Under the pieces are notes generated by a model. It had not been told where the DNA came from, made no database searches, and saw nothing but the letters and a program-made list of their open reading frames with translations. From positions 80,206,397 to 80,270,396 of the forward strand of contig CM097887.1 in assembly GCA_044892525.1 (NCBI GenBank): a stretch of DNA of 64,000 nucleotides, written 5' to 3'. The DNA is from Schmidtea polychroa (taxonomy: Eukaryota). Shown one piece after another: positions 1-12,496 of the stretch. Each line of letters begins with the position of its first letter. Positions within the stretch are counted from its first letter, which is position 1. A program made the translations under genes and the position numbers.

Positions 1-1
1 A

Positions 2-328
2 AGTGTACCCATATTCACTAATGGATTCATCTGATGCTTGTATTCTTTGAAAAAATGTTTTCTTCGTCATCCTTTTAATATCAGGGCATATAAATTTACT
101 TTCCAACGTATCTTTTAATTTATTCCAGTCATTTTCAACTATTTTCTTATTTATTTGCTTCCAGACTTCTTTGGCTGTTCCTTTCAAATATAACGGAAAT
201 CTTTGCACCATTATCTCTTCTGACCATCCATATGCTGACGCATACATATAGTAATCGTCCATAAAATCAGCGAACTCAACAGGGTCTCCTCCATATTGGT
301 TGACTGGTAATTTTTGGCAACTAGCCAT
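2..328 (-). mobile_element. gag: Gypsy-type LTR retrotransposon gag N-terminus, open to the window edge
   Basis: Minus-strand ATG at 328 reads MASCQKLPVNQYGGDPVEFADFMDDYYMYASAYGWSEEIMVQRFPLYLKGTAKEVW...FFQRIQASDESISEY, a retrotransposon gag pattern. It lies downstream of a PBS and an LTR. Confidence 0.8.
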
Positions 329-867
329 TTGGGTTTGTTTCTGACTTCTGAGGTTATATCGATTCACTTTGGGCTAAAATTCAAACGGTAAATAATAATT
401 TAAATTCACTTTTCCTAAATCAAATTCTTTAATCAATTCAATCTTCCAATAATGACCTTCAATATTTATCTCGTCAATACTATTCTCCAATACATTTTTT
501 TTAACTACTTCCAATTATTCTCCACCGACTGAGATCACGTCTGTACTCTTTTCCCAAATATTTTTGCAATAATTTTCTGCCGACTTTCTATCACGACGGT
601 ATTATTTTCCAAAAAAAAATTTTCCACTACTTTAGATAATTTTCCTCCGACTTCCAATCACGTCTGTAGTACTTTTCCAATAATTAACTTTTTCACTAAC
701 TTTAGTAACCTTCCGCTGACTTTCGATCACGTCGGTACTAATTTTTTAATAATTTCTTTTTCAGTAGCTTTCAATAATTTTCCTCCGACTTTGTATCACG
801 TCGGTACTATTTTTTTTTCAACAATTAATTTTTCCACTAACTTTCAATAATTTTCCGCCGACTTGCA

Positions 868-885
868 ATCACGTCGGGCTCACCA
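868..885 (-). promoter_or_regulatory. Primer-binding site, tRNA-Trp type
   Basis: The plus strand reads ATCACGTCGGGCTCACCA, one mismatch from the animal tRNA-Trp 3' end ATCACGTCGGGGTCACCA. It sits 7 bp from an LTR end. Confidence 0.8.
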
Positions 886-892
886 GAATATA

Positions 893-1951
893 TGTTGGGT
901 TTTGGATTATTTCAAGTCGGTTCTCTCTGACTCCTGTGTTCTTTAAATCAAAACAATGAACGACCCAACGTATATTGAAACAACAGGTTCACAATTTATT
1001 ATCACGCTACAATTACTGATCAAAGTTTTATACGATTCTCCGCTCGGCGTTGATGCTTTGCAAATAAATAATATTCACCTTTCGATCCTTTCGATTCTCT
1101 TGACTCTCGTTTTCCTCGGTTTCTGTTTGGTTTGATTCCTTTTCACCTTTTCGTATTCTTAATTCTATTTCTTCTTTTCCCTACTTCCCTAAATTCGTTT
1201 TTACCTCTCGACTATTCTCGATTCTTCTTACCCTACCTGAGGCAAAATGCCGATTTTCTCTGATTTTCCCTTTGCTTATATACTCCTCGAAATCAGGATG
1301 ACAAATGGTTATTGCCGAGCCAATCTTTCGTTTGACATTTTCTCCTACGTGTTTGCTTCGGCTGTCACCCATAATGGTCCAACGAATCCAGATAATTAAT
1401 GGCCCTACCGGTCTTCCTACGCGCGCTATCTTCTCCTTACTCTTTTCCCATTAATCTTTGTGTCAAGCTAATGGGCCCAAATCTTCCTTTTGTTTGCCTT
1501 TCTTCTTGTTTACCCAGCTCGGGTTTCCTTTATCTCTCGGGTTCTCCATTGGCTCGGGTTTCCCATTAGCTCGGGTTTTCCATTAGCCAATTAATTAATT
1601 AATTAACGTTTTCTGTTTCCATACGTTTGAATGTTTTTCGACTCTCCCTAACCCTTTTCTGATAAATCCCTAACCATCATCTTGTTGACCATTAGCTAAT
1701 CTATACCTGTCCCGTTTTTCCCATTCGATTTCGATGATTTTTCCCTTTATTGATTTTTCTCGGATTTCCGGATTCTCGCCTTTCGTAATTGCTTTTGGCA
1801 TTTTCTAATACTGTTTCCATCACACTTTCCTTTACTATTGATTCTGTGCACGATCCCGCTTTTATTTGCCTTTTTTCCTCGCTTACTTTCCATTTGAATT
1901 ATTATTCTAAATTTTATTTAAATTTTCAATTTTAATTTACGGACCTCAACA
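893..1951 (-). mobile_element. 5' LTR of the Gypsy element
   Basis: TGTT...AACA termini adjacent to the PBS. The U5 end is similar to the LTR end at about 7550-7618. Confidence 0.65.
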
Positions 1952-3233
1952 GGTAATATAATCAATCTGTTATCTCGCAAATAGAAAATTTTGAATAACT
2001 TGAAATAAATAATTGAAAGTCATGATAGTAAACCAAAAAAACTTTTGGTATATTTCGCACCTTTCAACGCAAAAAGTTATCGTGCATTTGGGTCATAAAT
2101 CATTGCGTGTTTACAAGTTTATTGATTTTAAAGTGCAGTTATTAATTGTTACTATTGTTTTTAAATACAACTATTAATTTTTGAGTGCAAAAATGTGTAA
2201 TAATAGTGCGGAAATTCGCATTTTTGTTATATTTCACTATAGTATGGAGGTCGTTTTTCCTTTAAAAAGCATCGACATGCACATTTTCTGTCTATATCCA
2301 CAAGGTTTTAGTGTATTATTGATTTAAAAGTGTAAAAAGTACTAATGATGTCTACACATAATATTTTTGTAACCTTTGATGAAACTTGAAAACCATCACT
2401 ACTGATTTTTAAGTGTAGTGATGATTTTCTGGTACACAGGTGAATAAAGTGCAAAAATATTTTTCTATGCAAATATGATCAAATCTTTGTAGATTCATGT
2501 TGATGCTTATCGATATCTAATTTTTTGTAGTTTCTAAATTATCTACTCCACATATTTTAACCAAATATACCTTGTTCGACTCCAAATACATAAAACTTCT
2601 TTTGGTCATAAATATTTTCAAGATATTGATTTTTAAATATTTTTGTTTTTAGAAACAAACAAAACAACGTATATAATTATTTTGTACATCGTTAGACTTG
2701 CAATGAAGTGCTTATTAATATAATATAAAAATTATTTAAAAATTGTTTTTTCAAGTTCTCAAAATATTTCCCAACATATTTCTACATCATTCAATTCGTA
2801 ATTTAATTTTAAAAAATTACCGATATACCAAATTATGTTTTTTCAATTTATTTTGACCTGATAATAAAAAACAATATTAATTCGTAACATAACTAATTTA
2901 TTACAAATTTGCCACTCATAATCTTCCAAATGTTCAAAATGGTAGAACTTGGTGCTATTTAACACTAGATTTACGATATATATATAATACTGACTTATTA
3001 TTTTTTGAATAAATATGTTGGTTTTTAGATACGTCATGAAATATAGGTAAATATTAATTACTCTCCTCTACCGACTCCCTCATTTCGCATATCGAATTAG
3101 GTATACGAAATATGTATATCACCCGTCAAATCAACACCCGTAAATCTAGTGTTAATAGTCTTGGATTCTGCCATAAATACAGCTGATTTTTGTGGGAAAT
3201 ATAAACTGGTTAAAATACTGTCTGCTCCGTCCA

Positions 3234-4260
3234 GGCCCGTTCCTGGCGGGGGTGCAGAAGGTGCCTCCACACGTGAGCGGCCAAGTTGAAGTGCGGCTGG
3301 CAACCTGCTATTATTATATTTACAAAAATTGATTTTAGATAATCTAACAAATAAAGTATACTTAATAAAAGTAAGTTTTACAATTTAGAAATTTTATTAT
3401 GAATAAGAAAATATTACACCTTCTTATATGTCAGAAAGAAAAACAAAAAGGAAATCTGGTACTTATTATCGAAAAAACAAGGAAATAAAATTAAAAGAAA
3501 TAGAAAAACTAAGTGGATCTTTAACACAGTTTTTGGAATCCTCAAAAAATTCATCTGAGGCAAGTACGTCAGATAAGCTCTAATACAGAAATTTATACTG
3601 AAGAGCCTGATACATTTCTGGATGTACTAGATTCGTGTTCAAGTCATACAAAGAAACCAGAACAGCCGCAAGATGACTCATCATCTTCAACATCAGAGTC
3701 AGAAAGTCCGAAGAAGAGTTTTCTTATGAAATAGAATCAGTAAGTTCGTCTTTAATGCTGGCAGATCCAGGAACATGGCCTGAATCGATAAATAAACAAC
3801 TTTTAGAAATTTTAGTGAAGAAAGGAACTGTGCAACTTCGTGATAGTGTTCATTTCCCATCGGATACACAAACAGAAGATTTTCTGCAACATATTTTTTT
3901 TAGAATTTTAGAAAATGGTGAAACAATTTCCAGAAACTGAATAGTTTACTCTATTAAATTGAATATGGTATTTTGTTTTTGCTGCAAACTATTCAGCAAA
4001 AATATTATTAAGCTGACCAGTGGTGGATATTGTGATTGGTGACATGCAACAACGTATTTTGTTCAACATGAAAACAGTGCAAAACATATCGAATGTTCAA
4101 AAAAGTGGTGTGAATTAAAATTGCGGATGCAAAAAAACTGCACAACAGATAAAGAGCTTCAAACATGAACTCGCTTTTGAACATGGTGACTTCAGTATCG
4201 TAAGATGTGAAAATATTGGAATCTTTATCTGGAATAACTTTGATCATTAACTTCTTTTGG
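3234..4260 (+). pseudogene. Decayed hAT (Tip100/ZMYM1-like) transposase N-terminus
   Basis: CAGGCCCG TIR-like start at 3234. Broken frames give DPGTWP...NGETISRNWIVYS...VFCFCCKLF...HENSAKH, a TTF-type zinc finger with stops and frameshifts. Confidence 0.7.
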
Positions 4261-6464
4261 CAATCGAAGACGGATGGGTCAGTCTGGATTGTGGATTAGT
4301 ATTCTAAGTAAAATTTCTTTGGTTGATTAGAAGGTGTTGATGATTGTTAATAATTGAAGCTTAATTATCTAAAAATATATTCAAATACAAATTGATTGCC
4401 TAAATCTGGTATTATTAAAACAACCGATTTAAAAGGCGAATTAATTAATTTAATAATAATGATAATTATGTGTGCCAGCATTTATACTTATTATACTTTT
4501 ACTATATAATAGAATTTGATACTTATAATGCAATATATATTTTATTTATAAATTAATTATTTTAATATCCCTAACAATAATCAAGCTTATCAACAAAGAA
4601 ATCTCAGCTAGGGAAACAAAGATTTCAGCTTTACGAATATTTTGCATATTTTTTTAATTTATTTTGATGAGAGTTAACGATTGAGACGTCGAAAGATGCA
4701 TGAATTGTTTATGATGAGTTTGAATAAAAAGAATATTTAAACAATTATTTTAATTTAATTAATTTAATAATATATAATAATAATAATAATGATAATAATA
4801 ATAATATATTTTAATTTTAATTATTAAGTTGATATTTTTATTAATGTGTAAGTCGGAGGCACTACATTGAGTGGCACAAAAGGCTACACCAACAACAACC
4901 TTTGAAAAAATAGGAAACATTTATTAAGAACAAGATGGGATTTAGAGCTCACTTGATTTTAGTTTTACAAACTTGACAAAAGTTTCAATATTATTTTTGT
5001 GTCTTTATTCTCCGATGGGCAACATAAATACATTTCTAAAGAAATTCGGAATCTTGGAAAGAATTTTTCTCAAAAGGCAGGGTTAAGAATGTAGCCTTGA
5101 TGGCTAACATCCCATTATTGTTGATATTTTAATTCAGGTTATTTTGCTTTCACAGTTTAGGATTTTCATAAATAATAATTGAAGAAATAACAAATTTTTG
5201 AAACTTATTTAATTTAATATTTACTCGAGTAATCATACAAATAATTATTCTGAGCAATTCTGAATATTTCATCGTTCCATAATTAACGGATTCACAAAAA
5301 CAAAATCCAGAAATTTAAATAAAATTTTTAGAATAGTAAAAAATTGAATTTTCGGGAAATTAAATTTAGATCATGCAGCTCCAAATATGCTAAATTGGAT
5401 TCGCAATCAAAATATTTAAGAAAAATTTATTCAATTACTTTCAAGGAAAAATATTTTACTTCTTTGTCAATCATCCNNNNNNNNNNNNNNNNNNNNNNNN
5501 NNNNNNNNNNNNNNNNNNNNNNNNNNNNNNNNNNNNNNNNNNNNNNNNNNNNNNNNNNNNNNNNNNNNNNNNNNNNNNNNNNNNNNNNNNNNNNNNNNNN
5601 NNNNNNNNNNNNNNNNNNNNNNNNNNNNNNNNNNNNNNNNNNNNNNNNNNNNNNNNNNNNNNNNNNNNNNNNNNNNNNNNNNNNNNNNNNNNNNNNNNNN
5701 NNNNNNNNNNNNNNNNNNNNNNNNNNNNNNNNNNNNNNNNNNNNNNNNNNNNNNNNNNNNNNNNNNNNNNNNNNNNNNNNNNNNNNNNNNNNNNNNNNTT
5801 TATTACTACTATTATTAATTTTCACCCCGGAAACGCACTTTTAAGCGGATCAATTAAATTTTGACAACAACCTCAGAATTTTTCTGATCCTCTTCATGGG
5901 AAGATAATTAAAAAGTGAAATAAAATTCGTTTCTAAAAAAATATTTCGGTAATTTAATTATAAAATTGTTTCCGGTAAAATTAATCGCGAAAATTCTGGT
6001 GGAAGGGCAAATAATTTTTACCAAAGGATTGAAATGTGAATTTTTATTAAAAAGTTTTTTGAGGAAATATTTCGAAAGAATAAATATATTTCGAAAGTTA
6101 TCCACGGCACTTATCAATTTGAAATTTTCAACGCTGTTAGAATACTTTCGTTTCCGTTTCTGTTTCTTTTGAAGAGAAAAGACCAAAACCACCTACCAGG
6201 TCTACAATAAATACATGATTAATTCCAATTTTTGAAGAACAAAGGCTAGGTTTCTAATTTCTGATGAAATATGAAGGAGACATATATCATCTAGATGGAT
6301 GGATCTCTGACTCGCGAATGATCTTCTATCCGGATTGGCCAGACTGGGATTTCAGTGATACCTCAATGCAGATCTATATAGTTTTGGGAACAACACGACT
6401 CTTTATATATCCCTCCCATTATACGTTGTTTATACCAAATTCCGCTGAAATACACCCTCTATAG

Positions 6465-6759
6465 CAGTAATACGCAAACTATTTTAAAGAATTTAAAATG
6501 TGCCGCTAATGCGAAAATATTTTTTTTAGTTATATAATAAAAAAAAGAAGTTAAAATATTTTTTTGTAGTTATTTGCGACAAAAAACAAGCGCACTCATC
6601 CAATTAAATAAAATATATACATTTAATTTCATTTTATTAAAAAAATTCTATATAAAAGATACATTCTTTCTATTTGTGCCTTGACTTTTTTTTTCTATTT
6701 TGTGCCTTGACTTTTTTTTTCTATTTTGTGCCGGGAGGTAAAAAGTTTGCGAACCACTG
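6465..6759. mobile_element. hAT (Buster-like) MITE
   Basis: TIRs CAGTAATACGCAAACT / AGTTTGCGAACCACTG and an exact 8-bp TSD CTCTATAG at 6457-6464 and 6760-6767. Confidence 0.85.
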
Positions 6760-6786
6760 CTCTATAGTATAAGAAAAAACCAATAA

Positions 6787-7618
6787 TGTTATACTATAGA
6801 TACATACCTCTCGCTCTGATGTTATTTTTTGAAAGTTTAATGATATACACTCTACTCTACAGAAATTTAAAAAGTGAGATAAAAATTTAATATTACATAA
6901 TACATAGGGTTGGGGTTAGTCCAAAAACCAAAAAAAATTATATTAATTAAAACTTGCTACAAATCAAAAATCAATATTGAACCGAGGTACCGGGTATGGT
7001 TGAACGCCAAATTGATAGACAAGTTCAGGAATTATAATACAAATTTAATAAGGTGTTCACAGGGAAAGTTAATACTAAAATACAAATTAATTAAAAGTAA
7101 ATAATCTGTAATGGAAAGTGAACCCATGGGAAACCCGAGCGCCGAATGAATCGCGATGCGCAGTGAGACCCGATCGGTCAGATAAGAGAGGGAATATTTA
7201 GGATAAACAAATTAAAACAATCTGGAAACCCCCAAGTGATTCCCGGGAGATAATTTATTGCAATTCTTTAGATAATTGTCCTTTCAGAAACAGTATAAAA
7301 AGAGAGCTGAAAAACAGACAAGCTGCCAATTGGTCGAAGAAACAAAGAGAAGTTCAGAGAATTAGGCGATAAGTGATCAGAAAAAGAAATATAGTAATTC
7401 GAAAAAAGTTTAATCCTCGTACCAGAAAAGGTGATTGCCCATTGGGTTATCTACCTTATTGAGTGATAATTATATTGAGCGAAAGGTGCAAATATAGTGA
7501 CAAACTGTAATTTGATTGAAATTGAATAAAGTTATTCCGTTTTGGGCTTCGACTTATTTGTTTGAATAAGAACACGATGAGTCAGAGAGAGAACCGACTT
7601 TAAAAATAAAAGTCAACA
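6787..7618 (+). mobile_element. Probable solo LTR related to the 893-1951 LTR
   Basis: The 3' end GAGTCAGAGAGAGAACCGACT...AACA matches the reverse complement of about 893-950, and both share the GGGAAACCCGAGC motif. The 5' boundary is uncertain and there is no clean TSD. Confidence 0.5.
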
Positions 7619-10600
7619 ATAGTAAAAATGCAAACAAACATACAATGCACATTTATGACAGTTTTTGAGACAGTTTTTAGAAAAAACGTATGGCGGAAAA
7701 TTTATTAGATAACGATTTCGAGGCCTCCACTTTGAGTTTTCGTGAAAATGAGGAGATATCATCGCAAAATTTATTTAAAGTTAAAATTAATTAAATATTT
7801 CTAGCATTTCAGACATATCTGTCAAAACCCTTGCATTTTTTGAATGTAAAGAAATGAGTTTGTAAGATTTATTTATGTTATAGTCAATTTTTTATATCCA
7901 TAGGATTTCAGATATTGCTGGACCATCTACAATTAATAATATCGGAACAAAAAAACATAGATTGTAAATTTTATTTTTAAGTTTGAAAAATGTAATATTA
8001 TTATAGAATTTCGGAAATTGACAAAATCCGACTAATAAATACCATGGAAAATGGCGAAGATTATTTCCATCTTGAATTAGGGATCCCCAAAAATTCAATC
8101 AAATCGATAATTTTTAAATATGAAAAATATGGAAAATGGTCACATTGGAGATAGGTAGGAAGAACGATGGAATCAGTTATTGGATTTTGTAGAAGAAAAT
8201 CTTTGCGCTTCAATAGAAGAAATTAGGAAGTTTTTCATTTTAGAACGATTTCTAGGTTTTAGAAAAGCCCATATATACATTGAGATTGGATATAAAAGAT
8301 AAATAGATTAAATTGGTTTCTCTCAACAAATCAGTTATTGTAGATGGTGATATATCATATTTCTGTGGAATAAGAGCTTCATTATTTTTCTTAAAGTTAT
8401 TAAATTTAAAATGTTTTATATTATTAACCTTTTCCGTGTTTTTGTCGAATATATCGATGCCAGTCGATTTACTTTAATTATTATTAAGTATGAGCATGAT
8501 TGAGGTGATGATAACGGCGGATAAAATACTACAATTTGATTGAATAAATTGCATATTCAAAGTGTTCGAACCATTTCCAAAAAATATTTCTATAAAATAA
8601 TTTGTGCATAATAATTAAAAATATAAATTGCATGGTTGGTTAATTTTTAATTTTGTTGATCAACAATTTTGTAGATCAATTTAAAATTAAGCTATAAGTG
8701 CTCAAGTTTTGACGCCAAAGCATAATGAAGTTAAATAAAGTCTTTACATCTAGTAAAAATCAAAATTTTAGTTCAGATCCTTCAGCCACGAAAATTGTGT
8801 CGACATTTCATGTGGAAGTCTACATAGAACACTTTGCCTAACAAGGTTTATTTCATCATCTACCGAAGGACGAGCATCACATTCCAATTTTCCAGGCATC
8901 CAACATCTTCGTCTTGTTCACCTTTCAACTTCAACTCGCCATCGTATGCATCTGGTTTTGGCTTTTTCCACAGAATTTACGCACAAGTCTTGACGAATTT
9001 CTTTAAAATTTATTTCCAATGATTCCAGATAAGGGGCAGCATTCTGAATAATTTATTTTACATAAAATGGTGTCCAGAGATACAATAGAACAAGGAAATT
9101 AAAATTTAAAATTTTTGCCAATAAACTGTTTGCATCGCTTCTTATTTCGTGTGTCGCATTTACATCATCTGATGTAAAAAATATTCACTTAAAAAATATA
9201 AAGTTTTCAAACCAGATTTGGGTCCTCAGGGAGATTTGTTCCCCTTAGCTACGCCTCTGAATTATACAAGTCTTTTCGACAGCGTCGCTGATTAAGAATG
9301 AGTTCGTGTCTGGTTACGGAGATCCTAGAGATTTGTGTAAGTTTACACTTGAGTTTGACAGAAAGATTGCCAGATTTATTTGTCAATAGATGCAAAATTG
9401 CAATTTTCATCGGATCGAAAAAGAGACCGAAATAATTTCCTCTCAGTCAATTTGATTATTTTCCTTCAATTCATTTCAATGAAGATTTTGTTTATTTCGA
9501 CTGATAAATGGTGGAATGATATTTGTCTTTTCACTTTGTTTTGTTTTGTTAATTATCCGAATATTTCCTGGCAAAATTTAAACAATTTATATCATGATAG
9601 GCGGCAAACTTTCTGTAAATAATATGGTTATTTGTTAAATCAAATTATTTGTTGTTTTGTGCAAATTCCGATGCGTTTTATCTTTTGGGATCATGAATTA
9701 GTGATCTGTTTACATCATATATACTGATACTGACAATTACAATATATCAAAATATTCTGTAGGACAGAATTTATGATCCAATTTCTCGTGTTTTCTATCA
9801 AAATAAGAAACTCAACACAATACGTTTAATTTGTACTACAAAATCACAACTGTTGCGAATTAATATGTTTAATTTTGCTTTCCACCAGAATGGAAAATTT
9901 AATCAAATTCATGTTCTTTTTAATATCCTTTTGTCGAAATAAGTCATCATTCTTTGGAGAGCCACATCAACGATTCTCCCAAATGAAACAGAAACTTCAC
10001 AAAATGTTAATACGCTTGTCATACTCGGCAGTTTTGTTTTACTACTAAGATGATTATTGTAATTAATTAAAATTAATTAGTTTGTAACTATGAAATTTCA
10101 TTACCTAAGAATTGTCCTCTCGTCTTTTGAAATTCTAAATTTTATATATCATCTAGGAAAACACAGGGGAACAACATAGAATTTAGCAGTAAAATCTATT
10201 TGTTATATCATAAATTAACGCTTTTTGAAATTTTTTTTATTGGAACCTGATTCTAAACTGATCGCTAATCATTCGATTGTATTCGTTCTACTGGAGCTTC
10301 TCAATTATTGTCAAGGGTACGCAAATTTCATTTCATGTTGAATTTTACATTATACACCTCCACTCGAGTATTAATAATTCTTATTGTAATACTCACTAAA
10401 GTCCTAGCAAAGGAATTAGGAATAATAGTAGCCGCTATTTGGCTTCCACTATTGCGTTTAAATATTCGGTACACCCATCATTTATTTCTTTCACTTATAT
10501 CAAACAGTCGAAGGTTTTAGAGCCAGCATTAGTATTTAGAAACACCTTTAGGACGATTTGGTAAAACCGATCTCAATCTTAGTTTAAGAGAGCGACCCAC

Positions 10601-11186
10601 GAAATAACTAACCTGTTAAATACTCATTTAATTCATATTGTGTTATTTATTTGTTAAATTCCGAAAAGCGAATCACACGCACACATTTAATAAATTGCGG
10701 ATTACCTTTGGAATGTCTATGTTATCTACCCTATCCCACTTTAGTATTAAAGTATTAATAAATAGTAATAATATTTATTCGAAGACTTTGCAGACATATA
10801 ATTTATTAATATCATAAAACTGATTATCCCTCCGGAGGAAATAATTATATTGTAAGTATCTTGAGCAAGATACACACATCCATCATTAATACAATATTAC
10901 ACCTCTGACACTCCAACGTACATTATATAATAATAAATTCAACATGCAACAATAACATTTCAAACAAGTGTTATTTACAGTTATCCTACAATACTAAAAT
11001 GGTACCAGACAAAAAGCCTCGTATTAATTTATCAAGAAATTACAAACGCGTGGAAGACATCAAGGAAATTGTTCTGTAATTAATTTATATCTACAACAAC
11101 ATATTTAGAAGACTAATTTTAATATTGTGATTATATTATAATTAATTTATCAAATATATTATCAAGTGCAGTATAAAGATATAGAA

Positions 11187-11533
11187 CAGTGTTTCTCAAT
11201 TAATATGAAAGCACGGAACACCATTCACATGATTTTTCTTACGAGGAACACTGACAAAAAATACTTGCCCACAATGAGTGACCAATCACAAATTACTATA
11301 AATCTGTCGCAAACGTAACCAATGCCTTCTTATAAGCAAAGAAAATACCACGCGCAACAATAACAAGCAATAAAAACACTTTTATATTTGTATGTTTATA
11401 TATCTGTGTAACGGCTTCCTTATTGAATCATCCTATAAAAAAATTAATTGAGGTTTTTGATGATATGTATCTTAAATGCAAATTTAAAAATAAAATATCA
11501 TTTTTTTCGAGGAACACGGGTTGAGAACCACTG
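11187..11533. mobile_element. hAT Buster-type MITE
   Basis: TIRs CAGTGTTTCTCAA / TTGAGAACCACTG and an exact TSD ATATAGAA (nnnTAnnn Buster pattern) at 11179-11186 and 11534-11541. Confidence 0.9.
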
Positions 11534-12496
11534 ATATAGAAGATGTTTTAGCTACTGTAAATTATTGGAATATTTCAATCGGCAAATATGTAATACCCTT
11601 TCATGTGATGATCAAGAAATAAAGTTTGCCTTTTATGATCGAAATGAAAGAGTGATCGGATTTATTTTTTCCAAAGCAAAATTCCTGTTAGGAATAAATT
11701 TTTTAATAATCTGTAAACTTCTATAGACTTAACACAACTGAGGAAGTTTAGATATTAATCATTAAATTTTATGATAGATATGGAACTGCAACTCTTAAAA
11801 ATATAATGAATTTTACTGATATCTGTATCCCTGCCACACTTTCGAAAAAGCAAGAAAGAAGCGGTTACGTAAAAATATAAATTCAAACATCATTATCATT
11901 TATTAACCAAGTGAAGATTATTTTTATAATCAACAATTTTTTCATTTTATTCAATTTATACTTTGCAACAAAGGCTTATATTATCTTTTACTTGTTGAAC
12001 ATTTGATTAAGAAATNNNNNNNNNNNNNNNNNNNNNNNNNNNNNNNNNNNNNNNNNNNNNNNNNNNNNNNNNNNNNNNNNNNNNNNNNNNNNNNNNNNNN
12101 NNNNNNNNNNNNNNNNNNNNNNNNNNNNNNNNNNNNNNNNNNNNNNNNNNNNNNNNNNNNNNATACAAAAGATGTAGCACTGACTCACTAGAGGAATATT
12201 ACGAGAGCAAGAGAATTCTGCAACAGACAAGGCATCATAGAATGACCAAGAGATCGCTGCCAAAGTAATCCAAATGATTCATAATGTGAATGCGACATTG
12301 ATTCATTGTAAAATCGATTACGTAATTGTCATTGTGACTGATGGTGTATGCATGCTACGTCATATGCTGCCCTCAATTGCTTCCATTAATCATGTAATGA
12401 CTATCTATCAATTTTGATTGGTTGATTTTCCCACAATCGATTTTTATTTCTGTATTGATTTTTATTTTGCCGTACGAGTTATCAGTTAAAAATCGC

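Noticed and set aside
5344-5844. ORFs spanning N runs (also about 12.0, 23.4, 39.8, 42.6, 50.0, 60.2 and 62.4 kb)
   Set aside because: They are open only because N codons contain no stops.
10309-10908. TGTCA...TGACA-bounded segment as a solo LTR
   Set aside because: There is no TSD, PBS, PPT or second copy in the window.
12422-12496. N-terminal extension of the innexin from a TTG start
   Set aside because: The ATG at 12497 matches the typical innexin start, and the extension has no homology support.
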